This document shows positions 27,216-40,090 of a stretch of 64,000 nt of DNA, piece by piece. The notes below the pieces were generated by a model. It worked only from the letters and a program-made list of their open reading frames with translations. It had not been told where the DNA came from and ran no database searches. The DNA lies in NCBI RefSeq assembly GCF_023055435.1, contig NW_025963891.1:3100001-3164000 (forward strand), in the 5' to 3' direction. How positions within the stretch are numbered: the stretch's first letter is position 1; each line of letters starts with the position of its first letter. The position numbers and the translations under genes are program-made. The DNA is from Haliotis rufescens. Taxonomy: Eukaryota.

Positions 27216-27397
27216 CTGTTAATATAAAATATCATGTCGATAAACAGTGAACAGAACAGGTAGACAATGAAATGCTATATGACTCATTGGTGTATATAGA
27301 TTTTTAACATTGAGTTGTGTCAGTAATGATTTACGTATGCTACTGCTATGTATACTATGATATACATAGGATGTTGTCCATGTTTATGATTGTACTT

Positions 27398-27545
27398 GGG
27401 GCGGTCGGGTAGCCTAGTGGTTAAAGCGTTTGCCCGTCACTCCGAAGACCCGGGTTCGATTCCCGACATGGGTACAATGTGTGAAGCCCATTTCTGGTGT
27501 CCCCCGCCGTGCTAAAAGCGGCGTAAAACCATACTCACTCACTCA
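27398..27545 (+). mobile_element. tRNA-derived SINE, family A
   Basis: A box tagcctagtgg, B box ggttcgattcc, body tgtgaagcccatttctggtgtcccccgccgtg, tail aaagcggcgtaaaaccatactcactcactca. Confidence 0.9.
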
Positions 27546-27849
27546 TTAATACTTTCATTTTGTACGACAGAACTTCGACATACCATTTATAATTTTTAAA
27601 CATTTATTTTGTCTAATGTACGCTACCAATCGCTAAGGGTCTGACGTGGAGAACACTTTGACAACGTTAAATCCATCCATACTTTGCAAGCACCTCTATA
27701 AGGACACAGGTCAGTGTAGCCACCTTTAAAAAACACCACGTGAGTTAGTTGTTTTAATAATAAAACTGAGGACAGATTCATGAACTCTAGGAACACATTA
27801 TGTAACCATGATAACCTGGGTTGCGTTGATGAAACGTTGTACGCCTTAC

Positions 27850-28958
27850 TACGAAGGATGTATAGTGCACCCTCAACAGATTGCGTTCATTACAGTTAGT
27901 ACAACGCTGACCATGCTCCATGTTGCATTTGAACCAACTATACAACTAGGGAGCATGTGTATTCAGGTATCAAATTGACTTGGTATATATTCTGTTGAGG
28001 ATAAAATTGGCTGCAGCGCTGTCATCGGGTATGTCAAAGAGCCATGCATGTGGACATAGTGTCATCTTTAGGGAACGATGGTCCTTCCTTGGCCATAGTG
28101 AAGAGGTGGGCAGTAAAATTCAAGATTGGAAGAAAGAGCTTCGCGATCGAAGATGATCTAAGATCAAGAAGACCTTCAACTTCCACCAGCAAGGAAATGG
28201 TGGTGGCACTCATGACATGATTATGGATGTTCGACGACTCACAACACGTAACATGACACAGTAGGCATCATTCTGAGGAATGAACTGGGCATGCCAAAGG
28301 TTTCAGCACGCTAGGCTCTAAGGTTTCATACGTTGCCAGTTTCATCACACTTCGTGAAAATTCCCGTTTTGAAAAGAATTCCTGATTTTGTTGAGCGATT
28401 TGTATTCATTGAAGGGGCTTAGTTTCACTCCTATCAGCCAGAGTCTTAACAACAGTCACAGCAGTGAGAACATCTAATGTCAGAGGCAGAGTTTGTTCCA
28501 TTATGTGGTCGGTTTTCTGGGATTCTGAAAAACTCGTACTGGTCGACTACCTCCACAAGGTTAGACCATTAATGGCTAATATTATATTAATCTGCCCAAG
28601 CAACTGCATGTGAATATCACAGGATAAACGTCGTCGAAAACTCTCTAAAGTTTGGGCAATGCACGTGGGCAAAAAACTTTTGTCATGGCTGGAATGCATG
28701 AGTGTGGCTTCGTATTAACCAGATTTGTCACCCTTCAGATTTCAACCTCTTCTCAAACTGGAGGAAAGAACTGCCTGGCAAGCATCTTCTACGTAAGTCT
28801 ATTAAAACGAGCAGGAGGAAGCCTTCTACACCAGTGGGACCCAGACACTCGTTAGCAGGAGTGTGTGGACCACGGAGGGGATTATGTTGAAAAACACCAA
28901 CCAACTCCATCAACGCAGTCTATCATGGTTAGGATCAGAACGTTTCAGCCACCCCTTA
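27850..28958 (+). mobile_element. Decayed mariner transposon
   Basis: VKRWAVKFK.GR, EDD.RSRRPSTS, ILRNELGMPKVSAR, VFWDSE.LVLVDYL, PSDFNLF, CVDHGGDYVEK; right TIR-like tttcagccacccctta. Confidence 0.9.
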
Positions 28959-28969
28959 TACCTTTATGT

Positions 28970-30060
28970 GAGGAACAGTGTGTCAGTGGTTCTTCCTACA
29001 TGAACACATTGTGTCAGTGGTTCATCCTACAGGAACACTGTCAGTGGCTCATCCTACAGGAACACATTGTGTCAGTGACTCATCCTACAGGAACACATCG
29101 TGTCAGTGGTTCATCCTACAGGAACACATTGTGTCAGTGGTTCATCCTACAGGAACACATTGTGTCAGTGGTTCATAATACAGGAACACAGTGTGTCAGT
29201 GGTTCATCCTACAGAAACATTGTGTCAGTGGTTCATCCTACAGGAACACATTGTGTCAGTGGTTCATAATACAGGAACACAGTGTGTCAGTGGTTCATCC
29301 TACAGAAACATTGTGTCAGTGGTTCATCCTACAGGAACACATTGTGTCAGTGGTTCATCCTACAGGAACACATTGTGTCCTTGGTTCATCCTACAGGAAC
29401 ATTGTATCAGTGACTCATCCTACAGGAACACATTGTTGGGTGGTTCATCCTACAGGAACACAATGTGTCAGTGGTTCTCCCTACAGGAACACAATGTGTC
29501 AGTGTGTCAGTGGTTCATCCTACAGAAACACATTTGTTGGGTGGTTCATCCTACAGGAACACAGTGTGTCAGTGGTTCATCCTACAGAAACATAGTGTGT
29601 CAGTGGTTCATCCTACAGAAACACATTTGTTGGGTGGTTCATCCTACAGGAACATAGTGTGTCAGTGGTTCATCCTACAGAAACACAGTGTGTCAGTGGT
29701 TCATCCTACAGGAACACAGTGTGTCAGTGGTTCATCCTACAGAAACACAGTGTGTCAGTGGTTCATCCTACAGAAACACATTTGATGGGTGGTTCATCCT
29801 ACAGAAACACAGTGTGTCAGTGGTTCATCCTACAGAAACACAGTGTGTCAGTGGTTCATCCTACAGAAACACATTTGTTGGGTGGTTCATCCTACAGAAA
29901 CACAGTGTGTCAGTGGTTCAACCTACACGAACACAGTGTGTCAGTGGTTCATCCTACAGAAACACATTTGTTGGGTGGTTCATCCTACAGGATCATAGTG
30001 TGTCAGTGGTTCAACCTACACGAACACAGTGTGTCAGTGGTTCATCATACAGCAACAAAG
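28970..30060. repeat. Minisatellite, about 31-bp unit
   Basis: gtgtcagtggttcatcctacaggaacacatt with variants. Confidence 0.96.
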
Positions 30061-31439
30061 TATGTTGGCATGAGAGGCTCTGGGGAACACCGTACCTGAG
30101 TAGAGCATTTTGTCTGAAGCATTATGTGCCAATGATTCGTCGCGCCTAGAACATAATGTTTCTTACGTTTATGTCACATTTCCGTAAAACCACATCAAGG
30201 CTGACCTGCAAACAAATTGATATAATTGCTTGGAAAGTATCAAATTATTGTTACAGAACATTAAGCGACTTACCAGGTAAAAAATAGTCCTTCTTGAAAT
30301 TACCTGTTGGTACAATGCAAAGTCGAAATGAGTTGCGTAAGCGTAAATGAGTAAGGTTACGAACAGAGTATAGTGGCGGCTGACCTCCCATATGTATATA
30401 ACTTCCCCAAGGTTCCTTACAACTGATCATGTACTGTAGTGTAGTATTCAACAAACAACTAACTAAAGGGAAATGGGTGTTTAAAGACCTTCAATTATCA
30501 TCTCACTAAACATTCAAATATAACTAAATATATATACTTTTGTTTACATTACCCATAAACATTTTAGACAGCCCCGTGGGAATGTAAATTCTACAGCACT
30601 CCAGGAACAGGAGTACCTGCCGCCATATAAACAATCTGTGAGTTAGCCAAAAGCAAGTTTCCAAGTGATTGATATGTTTATAACTTGGGCCTATTTTGTG
30701 TTCGCGTTTATTCTTCTCGTGACCATGGTCGACATGAGTTATTTCATTCAAAACGCCAATAACGCGTTCATATGTGTAGCTCATTTACGTGGAAAACATG
30801 CCAAGACAAAATGAAAGAGGCACGTTCGTAGTATGTTGTAGTCCCGACTAGTTGATACACACACTGACGCTGTCAGAAGTCAGAGGAGCGGATGCGCATG
30901 TACCATCTACCGGAAGTTAAGGTTTCGTGGCAACTACACGGTAGTTCTACCGGTAAGCGAACCATCCAGAATGGTTTAGGAAAGCCATGGTAGTACCTAA
31001 ATTAAACCCCTGTCGTAAGAAACACTGCGCTCCTGCTGAACATGTTAGAACTATAGCGTGGGGAAGAAAAAAGAGTTGAGGATCCTCTTTCTCTTCCTAA
31101 AAATAAACAAAACGAACATCAAAACAGATGAAAAAGATAACGTAAACTCAAGGGGTGCATACAGAACTGATTGCTGGCGTGTAGACAGTGAAGAAACGCC
31201 CAAACCGGAGAATAATTTAGACTCAAACGAGAAGAATGATGACCTTCTTATTAGCTCAACACACAGTTTGATGGATACTGCACAGATTATTTACACCATA
31301 ATATCCCCCGCCACAAAAAAACTAGATAGGGGTAGACGGCATCGTCTAGTTATAATATTTATCACTAATCTGGTAGTTAAGGGATATAAATATGGATGAA
31401 TACGTTTCTGTTCCTAGTTCGGGGATGGTGGTGGCAGTG

Positions 31440-31470
<31 letters not shown>
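31440..31470. repeat. (TG)n microsatellite
   Basis: Direct inspection. Confidence 0.9.
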
Positions 31471-32639
31471 CTCCTTGCCTCGAGTCTGATGCTTGTGGAT
31501 TTCACGTGAATCACGTTTAAGAGCTGTATCATTTGGAGTTTTCATCCCATAACAAGTTAATTTTATAAGCGTCACATTACAGAACTACTGTTTTAATTGG
31601 CATTAAAGCCAGTCACTCACATGCACCAAGTTTGGAGATGTTTGTAATATGGTTTCAAAATCGAAATGTAGCAAGTGTGAATTATTTTGTCTTTGGATTC
31701 TTTGGACTCGGTTGAGGATTCATTGCCGCACCACCTAAATACCACCTTATGCTTATAAGCACAGAGAGATGACCGTTTGCGACTGTTGAAGCATAACCAA
31801 GACAGGGATTGAGGCTTAGCAGAGGAGGAGCAGACCATACCTCTCTCTGCCTGTTATACTGGAAATGTATATAGCATGTGTCATCTGTTAATATCTCAAA
31901 TAGAGCCTCGTGGTGTACGTGTAACAGGATTATGTACATCGACCTCATTTGGCCTCCGCCTTGATGCTTGTTGTTACACGCAAAGTTCTCGTTAAAGCTG
32001 TTACTTCTAACATCAATACATATTATAGTCCGTCTTAAGTCCCATAATTCCGGTTCTCCACTGTAAAAAAGGAAACTTTTGTATCCCGATACATCACACT
32101 CTATGTAGCAGCACTAAATTAACACATCACTGTTTTAGGATACGCATATTCGGATTTCCAACACACGTAAAGAATAAAAACAAAGAAATGGAAACTAATT
32201 CATCAACAAACAAATCATCGTTGACACTAGGTGATTGCGAAATAAATGAGCATGCCTAGCCGTTGTAGTGGCAATTAAGGGTCGAGGTCACTTCTGTTGA
32301 AATTCCGTCGGGGAAGTAATTACTGGATGTCGACATTCTTAAAGTTTCTAACTTAAATTGACAGGTATATCCTTGGGCTGTCTGCGATACGTAACTCTTC
32401 AGAGTAGCGCTAGCTTGGAAATGTCATCGGCATACTTAAGGCACCAATAAAGGGAACACGCATTTCCACGAAGAGTTGATAATCACTACAGGTGCCGGAA
32501 AGACTTGGTGATCTGTCCCCATGTTCATCTGATGAAGGATACTTTTGAAAGGTCTCTTGGACAAAGTTGCGAAACGATTGAAACATCTAGAAAGATACAA
32601 TTTTCAACAAGATCAAATATTTCCCCCAGTTGTTATGGC

Positions 32640-32930
32640 CCGTCGTACCTGTCAAGCCTGTAGACTGTCAGAGTGTTTACCGTAAAGTATTTGATATTTT
32701 GTACGCCCAAAATGTCATACCCTTACAAACATGTTCTAACTAGCTCGGTGAGACGTACGCTGAAATTAGTCTGAAAGGGCATTAAAGGCTAAGGCATAGG
32801 GTATGCTCGTGACATGAAAGGAAGATTGACTATTAGAAAACTGAAGTCATCCCTTTTGTGCAGAGAGCTCAACGATCTTAATTTTCTATGCATAGATCAA
32901 GGTATAAAACTGATGATCTGGCTTTCCCTT
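32640..32930 (-). mobile_element. Penelope-like RT fragment
   Basis: Minus strand reads SVLYLDL..HKRDDFSFLIVNLPFMS...YGKH; homologous to 22270-22570. Confidence 0.75.
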
Positions 32931-33378
32931 GGGCGTTTTTAATTACCAGGTTTACGGATCGACCGATCATTTTTTTGACAAACGTTACATTATATAAAAT
33001 TTTCAAGAAAAGCCCTTTGTCTTCCCGACAAGTCTGTTAACAAATTCCATTAATAAAAACTAATGGATAGATGTGAGATAAGAAACTGTTTACTTTGTTA
33101 TAAACATCAATTGGTCTTTCTTTCATTTATATTAAAAAATGTATTTACAACTTTCAACATATTCACCATACGTGTAGAGAGTTCACTTAAGAAATAAATT
33201 AAACGCCGATATTGTTTGCTCAAGATAGCACAGTAATGCTATTACAATGAAAACCTCTTTATGTTCATAATATATTTGCTACTTGTCACAAGTTTGTAAC
33301 ATGCAGATTCATGGTTCATTGTAATGTGTGTATACTGCGCATGTGTCATATCATGCTACAGTTATTTCAGTTCATGTC

Positions 33379-33652
33379 GGGGGCACGGGTGGCCCAGTCG
33401 TCTAAGGCGCCGCGATTTGCAGAGTTCCGTCCCTTGGGTACGCCAGAAACCTATGATTGTGGGTTCGAATCCTGCTTCGCCCCGATTATGTTTCTAGGTT
33501 TGTCAGCACCATACCTGTGCTCGTGGTTTTCACCGAAGTGGTAAACGTCTGAGACCTGCATCACTTCTGGCTTTCCTCCCACATTAAGCTGACACGCCGT
33601 GATATAACTGGAATACTGTTAAAAGCGGCGTTAAACCCAACTCACTCACTCA
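33379..33652 (+). mobile_element. tRNA-derived SINE, family B (Leu/Ser-like head), full length
   Basis: A box tggcccagtcg, B box ggttcgaatcc, (ACTC)n tail. 12-bp TSD tcagttcatgtc at 33367-33378 and 33650-33661. Confidence 0.93.
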
Positions 33653-33794
33653 GTTCATGTCACAATAGTTTACATTTACGTCGCGTGTGCCGCATTAATT
33701 CCTGTAAGATATCCTATTTATACTACATTAAGTCACCATATATATACCAACTACATATGTGCAACATATATGTTCAACATGCTACATATATTCA

Positions 33795-34028
33795 ACCCCG
33801 TGAAGATCCGGTGCAGAATGATTGTCGTAAAGGGATACTACCGGGTCATATTGGTCAGGCTCTCTGACTTAGTTGATGCATGACATCGTATCCCATTTGC
33901 GCGGATCCATGCTCATGATGTCAATCAATGGATTGCCTGCAGCAGACTCGATGATTTTATTATTATTTCGATTATATGGCTGGATATTGCGTTAAACCAC
34001 AACAAACAAACAAACAAACAAACAAACA
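33795..34028 (+). mobile_element. SINE-like element, family C
   Basis: accccgtgaagatccgg head, ggtcaggctctctgacttagttgatgcatg body, (AAAC)n tail. Confidence 0.85.
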
Positions 34029-36386
34029 TATTAACCCTATAAGTCCCATTATACTACATATTTTGTTTTATTATGCCGCATTTTTTTACTGTGTCCCATT
34101 ATACAACCTATTTCCAATATATTTTCCCATTACGCCACATACACGTCCTACCGTGCAGCATATATTTCATGTATATGTCCCATTGGGCCACATTTAATTC
34201 ACATACATTTCAAATTATGCCACAAATATTCCACATATATATTCCATCATTCCATTGGGTGCACTCTGTGTGTACCCCACATGTATGTCATGGTTATCTT
34301 GTATATATGTGTCACTGGCATACATTGTGTATACCCAAAAACCACAGGTGGAAATGGGTTCTCTGATTGTAGGATATGCATAGTTGAAAGACCTTTTTGG
34401 AAGCTCTGCATTGTCTCCAGTACTGGCAAGGTGATACTTGTAATTTCATTACTTCTTGTTTAGGAAGATAATTGCATTTCAGTTCGTTCTTTATGCGCTT
34501 TGAGCTGAAGGAAAAAAATGCTATATTTATATTATGGAAGATCGTAGAAGCGGAGAGTGTACTGTGGCTCCGGCAAAGACATCCCCCGAGAGTGTGGAGT
34601 ATCGATCAACGTGCCAGGGTGTCAGGAAGTGTCGGGAAACCGGGAGCTGTAGAGGGAACGTTTGTACTAAATATAATAGAAGCCCAACACTGAACACTTG
34701 TGATGGTCCTAATGTGTTGTGAGGAGACCTCAAGCGGACAGAGCCGTGGGCCGCGGTATCATGACCTGACTCCTGACAATTACACATGAGGAACGGTTCT
34801 TGAAATCGGGCAAAGTCAGCTGCACGTCTTAGTATTTGGTACTATGAACTCTGATAATTATCGGCAAAGAGACAATGTTTGACCTGTTATCACTGGTCCA
34901 CTTGAAACAGATTAGCTCGGCCATCAACTACATTCTGCCTATCGACGCCACTGCAGCGGTTTCTGGTATCCAAGACTGCTGACTTAGCACATACAGTCGT
35001 CCCAACTGTGGGTACCTTAATCCTTCATATCATCTATTGTTTGTTCAATTAGTCGTATATATCCACTGAAACTGTTATTGGTGGGTTTATGGATATATGA
35101 TCATGTTTAAGCTTTTCTCCCTGGCTGTAAAGTCGCAGTGCTTCCGTAATTCCAATATCTGTTGCTACGTATTACAAAGACACCAGTAATCAATCCGTCT
35201 TTGTAGCCAAGGTGATACTCTAGAGAATAGCTGATATATTTAAGGGATCCTTTCTATACACTTACGTATTGATGGTGTGGTTAATAGGCTGTAGACTAAC
35301 ATCCTACCACAACTGTGTTGTGGAAAGGGTCATCAAGAATACTTGAGTACACGCCAAGTGATATCTGCCCAGTAGGCTGTGAACAATTGTTACACAATGG
35401 CACTACTCTAAATTGAAACAACAATCGTTAAAAAGGCGCATAGCTCTCATTTACTAGAAGAAGGCTTGTCCGTGGGGAACTGGCGTTGCTGGCAGCTTTA
35501 GTTTAAATGATTTGAGATAAAGAACCTTCCTGGGAGCTAATGTCAGCCAATGTCACATAATCACTGGCTTACTTTCATCGATAAGTGTCAAAACTCAGAA
35601 GGTGTTTGAAGATACTTCTGCATACAATGATGTCTGATAATTTAATAAAAGACAAACAAAGCTGCTTCAGTGCGATTCCAAAAAAGAACTTCGATCAGGG
35701 AAATGTGCAAATATAAGTCCCGTGTTTTAGCGCGTTCTCAATTTACGCATTTCGTTCAGTTTAGTCGGACCACAGTTATTTGTAAAGAGTACACAGGATT
35801 TACCTTATGGGAATAACGATCAACAATGCTTGGATTAATGTCCTACTCACGCTTAATGTCCCTGTGTATTAAGTAACCAAGTACAATAACAATCCTGTCT
35901 TTGTTAAGCGTTCTTTCAGTTTGACCAGCTTCTTGCAGATCGTCTAACGCAAAGCGCCTCGTCAATATAACCATGCGTGGCGTGGGCTGTGTACCGTGCT
36001 CGAAGGCGGTCGCTGTCTATATAAAGATCCTGTTATGCACAGCAATTGTGGCCTTATATCTGCTAAGACAATTACAAAAACAAACAAAGTTAAGGTGCTG
36101 TGTGCGATGCATGTCTTGCCAAGGGTTGCACGCAAGCTTTAAGTAAGAGAAACGTGAGACATTAACTCCCTTACTCGTGTCACGGATGTTTACGGCGCGC
36201 TCTTTCGGAACACAACATGCTGGAATAGTCACAAGCTGCAAATCAAAACACTCACTAGATGTACATCAAATAGTACAGTTACTTGTGAATAGGTGATAAC
36301 GTTCTCAAAACAGTCACTGAGTAACTGTGGTAAGATGTAATAAGTTATGAAAATTCTTCATCATGTGTGCTACTTATTTTGGTACC

Positions 36387-36539
36387 AGTGAGTAGTGTTT
36401 TACGCCGCTTTCAGTAATATTCCAGCAATATCACGGCGGGGGACATCAGAAATGAGCTTCATACATTGTACCCATGTGGGGAATCGAACCCGGGTCTTCG
36501 GCGTGACGAGCAAAAGCTTTAACCACAACCCCACCGCCC
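36387..36539 (-). mobile_element. tRNA-derived SINE, family A
   Basis: Reverse complement of the 27398 element, including the tail core. Confidence 0.9.
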
Positions 36540-37192
36540 ATGTTGGTGCAATGTTTTGCACATCTTTTAACTTCGACATATGTCACGACTGTGGGTGTTT
36601 ATTCCAGAAATAGATGAACTGATTTGACAGGATCCGTTAATCCGGAGTTCGAATCCACGGTTAGCCTTAATTATTACTCTTGATCTGTCAGCACCCAACT
36701 CATATATATCACTAGAGTAGTTAAGGCCTCTGACCTGCATCATTTCAGCCTTCTCGTCACATCAAGGAGACACGTCGTCCAGAAACTGAAATAATATTCA
36801 TGGCGGTAATAAACACAACCCACGCACACCATTATTTTCCAAGGTTGTCCGGAGTGACAAATCGGCATTAGATGGACGCTCGCATTCAATTTCCAAGAGC
36901 GTCTCACCTGGTCTGATGGGTTACACAAATTGCAGTGTGCACGGTATGGGTGTTTCATTTATTTGATAGATGTTTTCTTATATTTGATATGAGACCAGCG
37001 GTCAGTTTCTACCAGAAATATTTCATATTGGGCGTGACTAGCCAGCGGCAAAAGTGATTTCCAAACCAAGCATCTGACACTTCTCACCTCAAGGAATATC
37101 AACTACATTAATAAAAGTTAGCCAAACTAATCAAGCTGCCCGAAGAGGTCGATATTGCGCCATGGCGTGCCTAAGCTTGTGGCTTCTAATCC

Positions 37193-37564
37193 GGGCCCAC
37201 TTGCACAAAGCGTTCTGAGCGCTAAGACTAGTTTACTTGAACATTAACAAACACTTTGAGCAGGCATGGGACAAATGTGGCTGGTAATACTACAAGAGTA
37301 ACTCTGGTAGTTTAGAATACTTTTGAAAAAAATCTTAGTGTTAAGATCTGTTGTAGAGACAACAAGCATATAGTCTTATATTTAAACACACTTAAAACCG
37401 ATATTTACTAAGATTGGCAGTAATGAATACGGGCATAACTCGCGTACATAAACACTCATTTACAAAAGGTACAGTGCTAAGATCCGGAAATGAGATCAAC
37501 GTTCCGACTTTACCACACGTTAAGAACAGACTTAGCAGTAAGATCTGTTTGTGAAAGTGGACCC
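37193..37564. mobile_element. MITE with about 37-bp TIRs (PIF/Harbinger-like ends)
   Basis: gggcccacttgcacaaagcgttctgagcgctaagact versus revcomp gggtccactttcacaaacagatcttactgctaagtct. Confidence 0.7.
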
Positions 37565-38469
37565 TAGTGATCTAATAAGCATTGATTTTTTTTAAATGGA
37601 GGATATTGTATTTAAACTAGCACATTACCTCCTCCCATGTCAGCGGCTGGATTCCTAACAGTTTGATAAACAAATGTTTATTAATTCATAATTACAGGTT
37701 AGGAATCTCATTACTTGCACAATACTAAAACATCAGACAAGGCTGATATGTAAAACGCTCTCCTTCGTGGACAGTGAATCAAATATATGGTAATGCAGCA
37801 GTTCGTGCAATAACGCGTGACGCTCACTTTCCGAGGCGAATCAACTTTCTGTACATTATTCACCAATTTTTTGGAAATAAGAATCAATATCAGTCATAAA
37901 ATTCCCGAAGGTACCATTGGGTTTGATCTCTGTAACACAGCATCAGCCTATATACTTGTATGCGTCTATGATTCGCCCGCTTGAGAGCTTCCTTCTTTGC
38001 CAACTGAAGGCACGCACAGAACGTGGGTTAATTGTAATTCATCTTTAATGTTTAATACCCTAATTCGACCTCTGGAACGGATTTTCTGTGTTGTGGCGAA
38101 AGTTTTTACTGTCTAGATATATCAGCCCTTGCACTTCTAAGCGACATATTCTTGGAATGCTTACGTCATGAGACGTTTGTGGATGGCGAATGTAGTACTC
38201 CACACGTTGCGCTGACGTCGTGGGTACCTAAAGTGTGGCAATGTCATTTCCGATCTCTCACTAGTCTTGGGGATCACCTTCTATCTAAGGCTCAAGGCTA
38301 CGTCTGTGACTTAGCCTTCTGAATGGTGATCATTTGAAAATGGCCCAATCCAGAAAATACTTTTGAGAGAGAACTATTTCCTTGACTGAATGTCTATCGG
38401 TATCGTGTTCTAGATGTTTACTCACATTTCCTGAACACCTGGTTTGATGACTGTAGCTCGTTGTGAACA

Positions 38470-38578
38470 TGTCGCTTCCATTTTGTCAATAGTCTCTTTC
38501 CTGTGTCAGAAATACGAAGACTTGATGTCTTCGTATTTTAGTCTCAGGAAAAGGACGATTGACAACATGGAAGCGACA
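38470..38578. repeat. Near-perfect palindrome, about 52-bp arms with a 5-nt loop
   Basis: tgtcgcttccattttgtcaat...aaatacgaagac ttgat gtcttcgtattt...attgacaacatggaagcgaca. Confidence 0.9.
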
Positions 38579-39537
38579 CGGATGTTCTTATTCCTATCTA
38601 AACGTAGTTGACCTTTTAAATTGCAGCTCTGTTAACAGGCCTGGATTTGGTTGAGATCAATCCTCTTGAACACATAGCAAAGCATCCCCACTTGGCAAGA
38701 AAACAAAATCATCAACACCAATATCAACCGATGTATGAAGAACAAACTCCATTATGCCAGGAAAATGTAAAAAAGCCAGCCATTAAGAGAGATAAAAGAC
38801 ATCAATCTACTAAATGTAAACTCAACTGTGTTATTGGCAAATATCATTAGCTACTGACGGGTTCTTACCAGATGGGATGTAACGGAGTAACGTAGTTACC
38901 TTACTCAGACTAATTACATTGTTAGGACACTTAGCTTAATTAGTCAGTTGTTACAATATCAGCTTATTGCCTCCAAGTGATTAATCCCAATGGCTCCCCT
39001 ACACGATGTATACTTACCATGTCTATATTAATTAACCCGATCCAAGTCTACGATTGTGTTTGTATATAACTCTCCATATGATTAGTTTTCCCAATGAAAT
39101 GAAGGGTCAATGTATAACCATAACAACATTGAGAATAGCACAAGATCTACACAGATTCATGTTTGTCTGTTCTATCAACTTTTGAATTCAAATGAAAGCT
39201 CTAAGCAGTAAATTGTGTGCGGATACGAAATTCACGTATAGGGACTGACTATTTAGTATTCTGGTGTTGTTGTTAGTGGTGCTGATGTTATTGTTGATGT
39301 TAGCGTTGGTGGCGTTTGTGTTGTTGGTGGTGGTGTTAGTGTAGTTGTTGCTGGTATTGGTGTTGGTATTGGTATTGGTAGCAATATCTAGAGATCCACG
39401 ACATATTTTTTATGAAAACATCCAACATGTACAGTGTACGACGTATGCATTTGTTGGATCTCAGGACCAGTATTTCCTGTTCTCCAGCATCTTAAGGTTA
39501 CATATTTATGTATAAACCAAACCTGCCCCCACCTGCC

Positions 39538-40090
39538 CATCTTCCAGGGCAAGAGAGTTAACTGACTTTAAAAGTTCAGTTTTCACCCTTGCCGAGCTAG
39601 GCGGGAATTATAGAGTTATAGTTTGGCTGGACTAACTAGCCTATGTATAGTCCAATCAAAATCCCGTTACGATAGAGACATCCACTTCATAAACAACATG
39701 GCAACTTCCGTGCCGAATTCGTTCGATTGCAGGAATTGCAGGCATGTGTTCCATCATTTAGGCGTCGACACATATTTTCTAAATCGTTTCATGTTTTTAA
39801 TCAACGTGCTCAAGTTATTTGATACACTTCGCGATTTAAAACCCGTTTTATTGCAATAAAGATCTCTATTATCGATGAGGACGTCTTGACTGGGCGCCAC
39901 CATTTTGTTTAAGCAAATGCAAGTTATATGAAAGATAGAATCAGACTGGTCAGTGAAGGGAGAATATAGAAGGGACATAACTCGTATTAGCCACTGGTGG
40001 CGCTAGGATCGAACCCAGAAATCCCAGCCTAGTTCGGAAAGGTTGAAAACTGGTCTTTTGAAGTCAGTTAACTCCCTTGCCTTGGGAAAA
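39538..40090 (+). mobile_element. MITE, copy 2 (same family as 10526)
   Basis: About 70-bp TIRs (ggcaagagagttaactgact...agtcagttaactcccttgcc); interior collinear with copy 1. Confidence 0.87.

Noticed and set aside
33379-33480. Possible tRNA genes at SINE heads (also 27398, 60678, 54234)
   Set aside because: No complete cloverleaf, and each continues into a shared SINE body and tail; the family B copies also have TSDs.
34545-34785. Possible LTR (purine tract then TGTA...TACA; internal TGTCAGGA/TCCTGACA); similar hints at 24634-25035 and 40659-40928
   Set aside because: No second LTR, TSD or gag/pol sequence was found, so support is insufficient.
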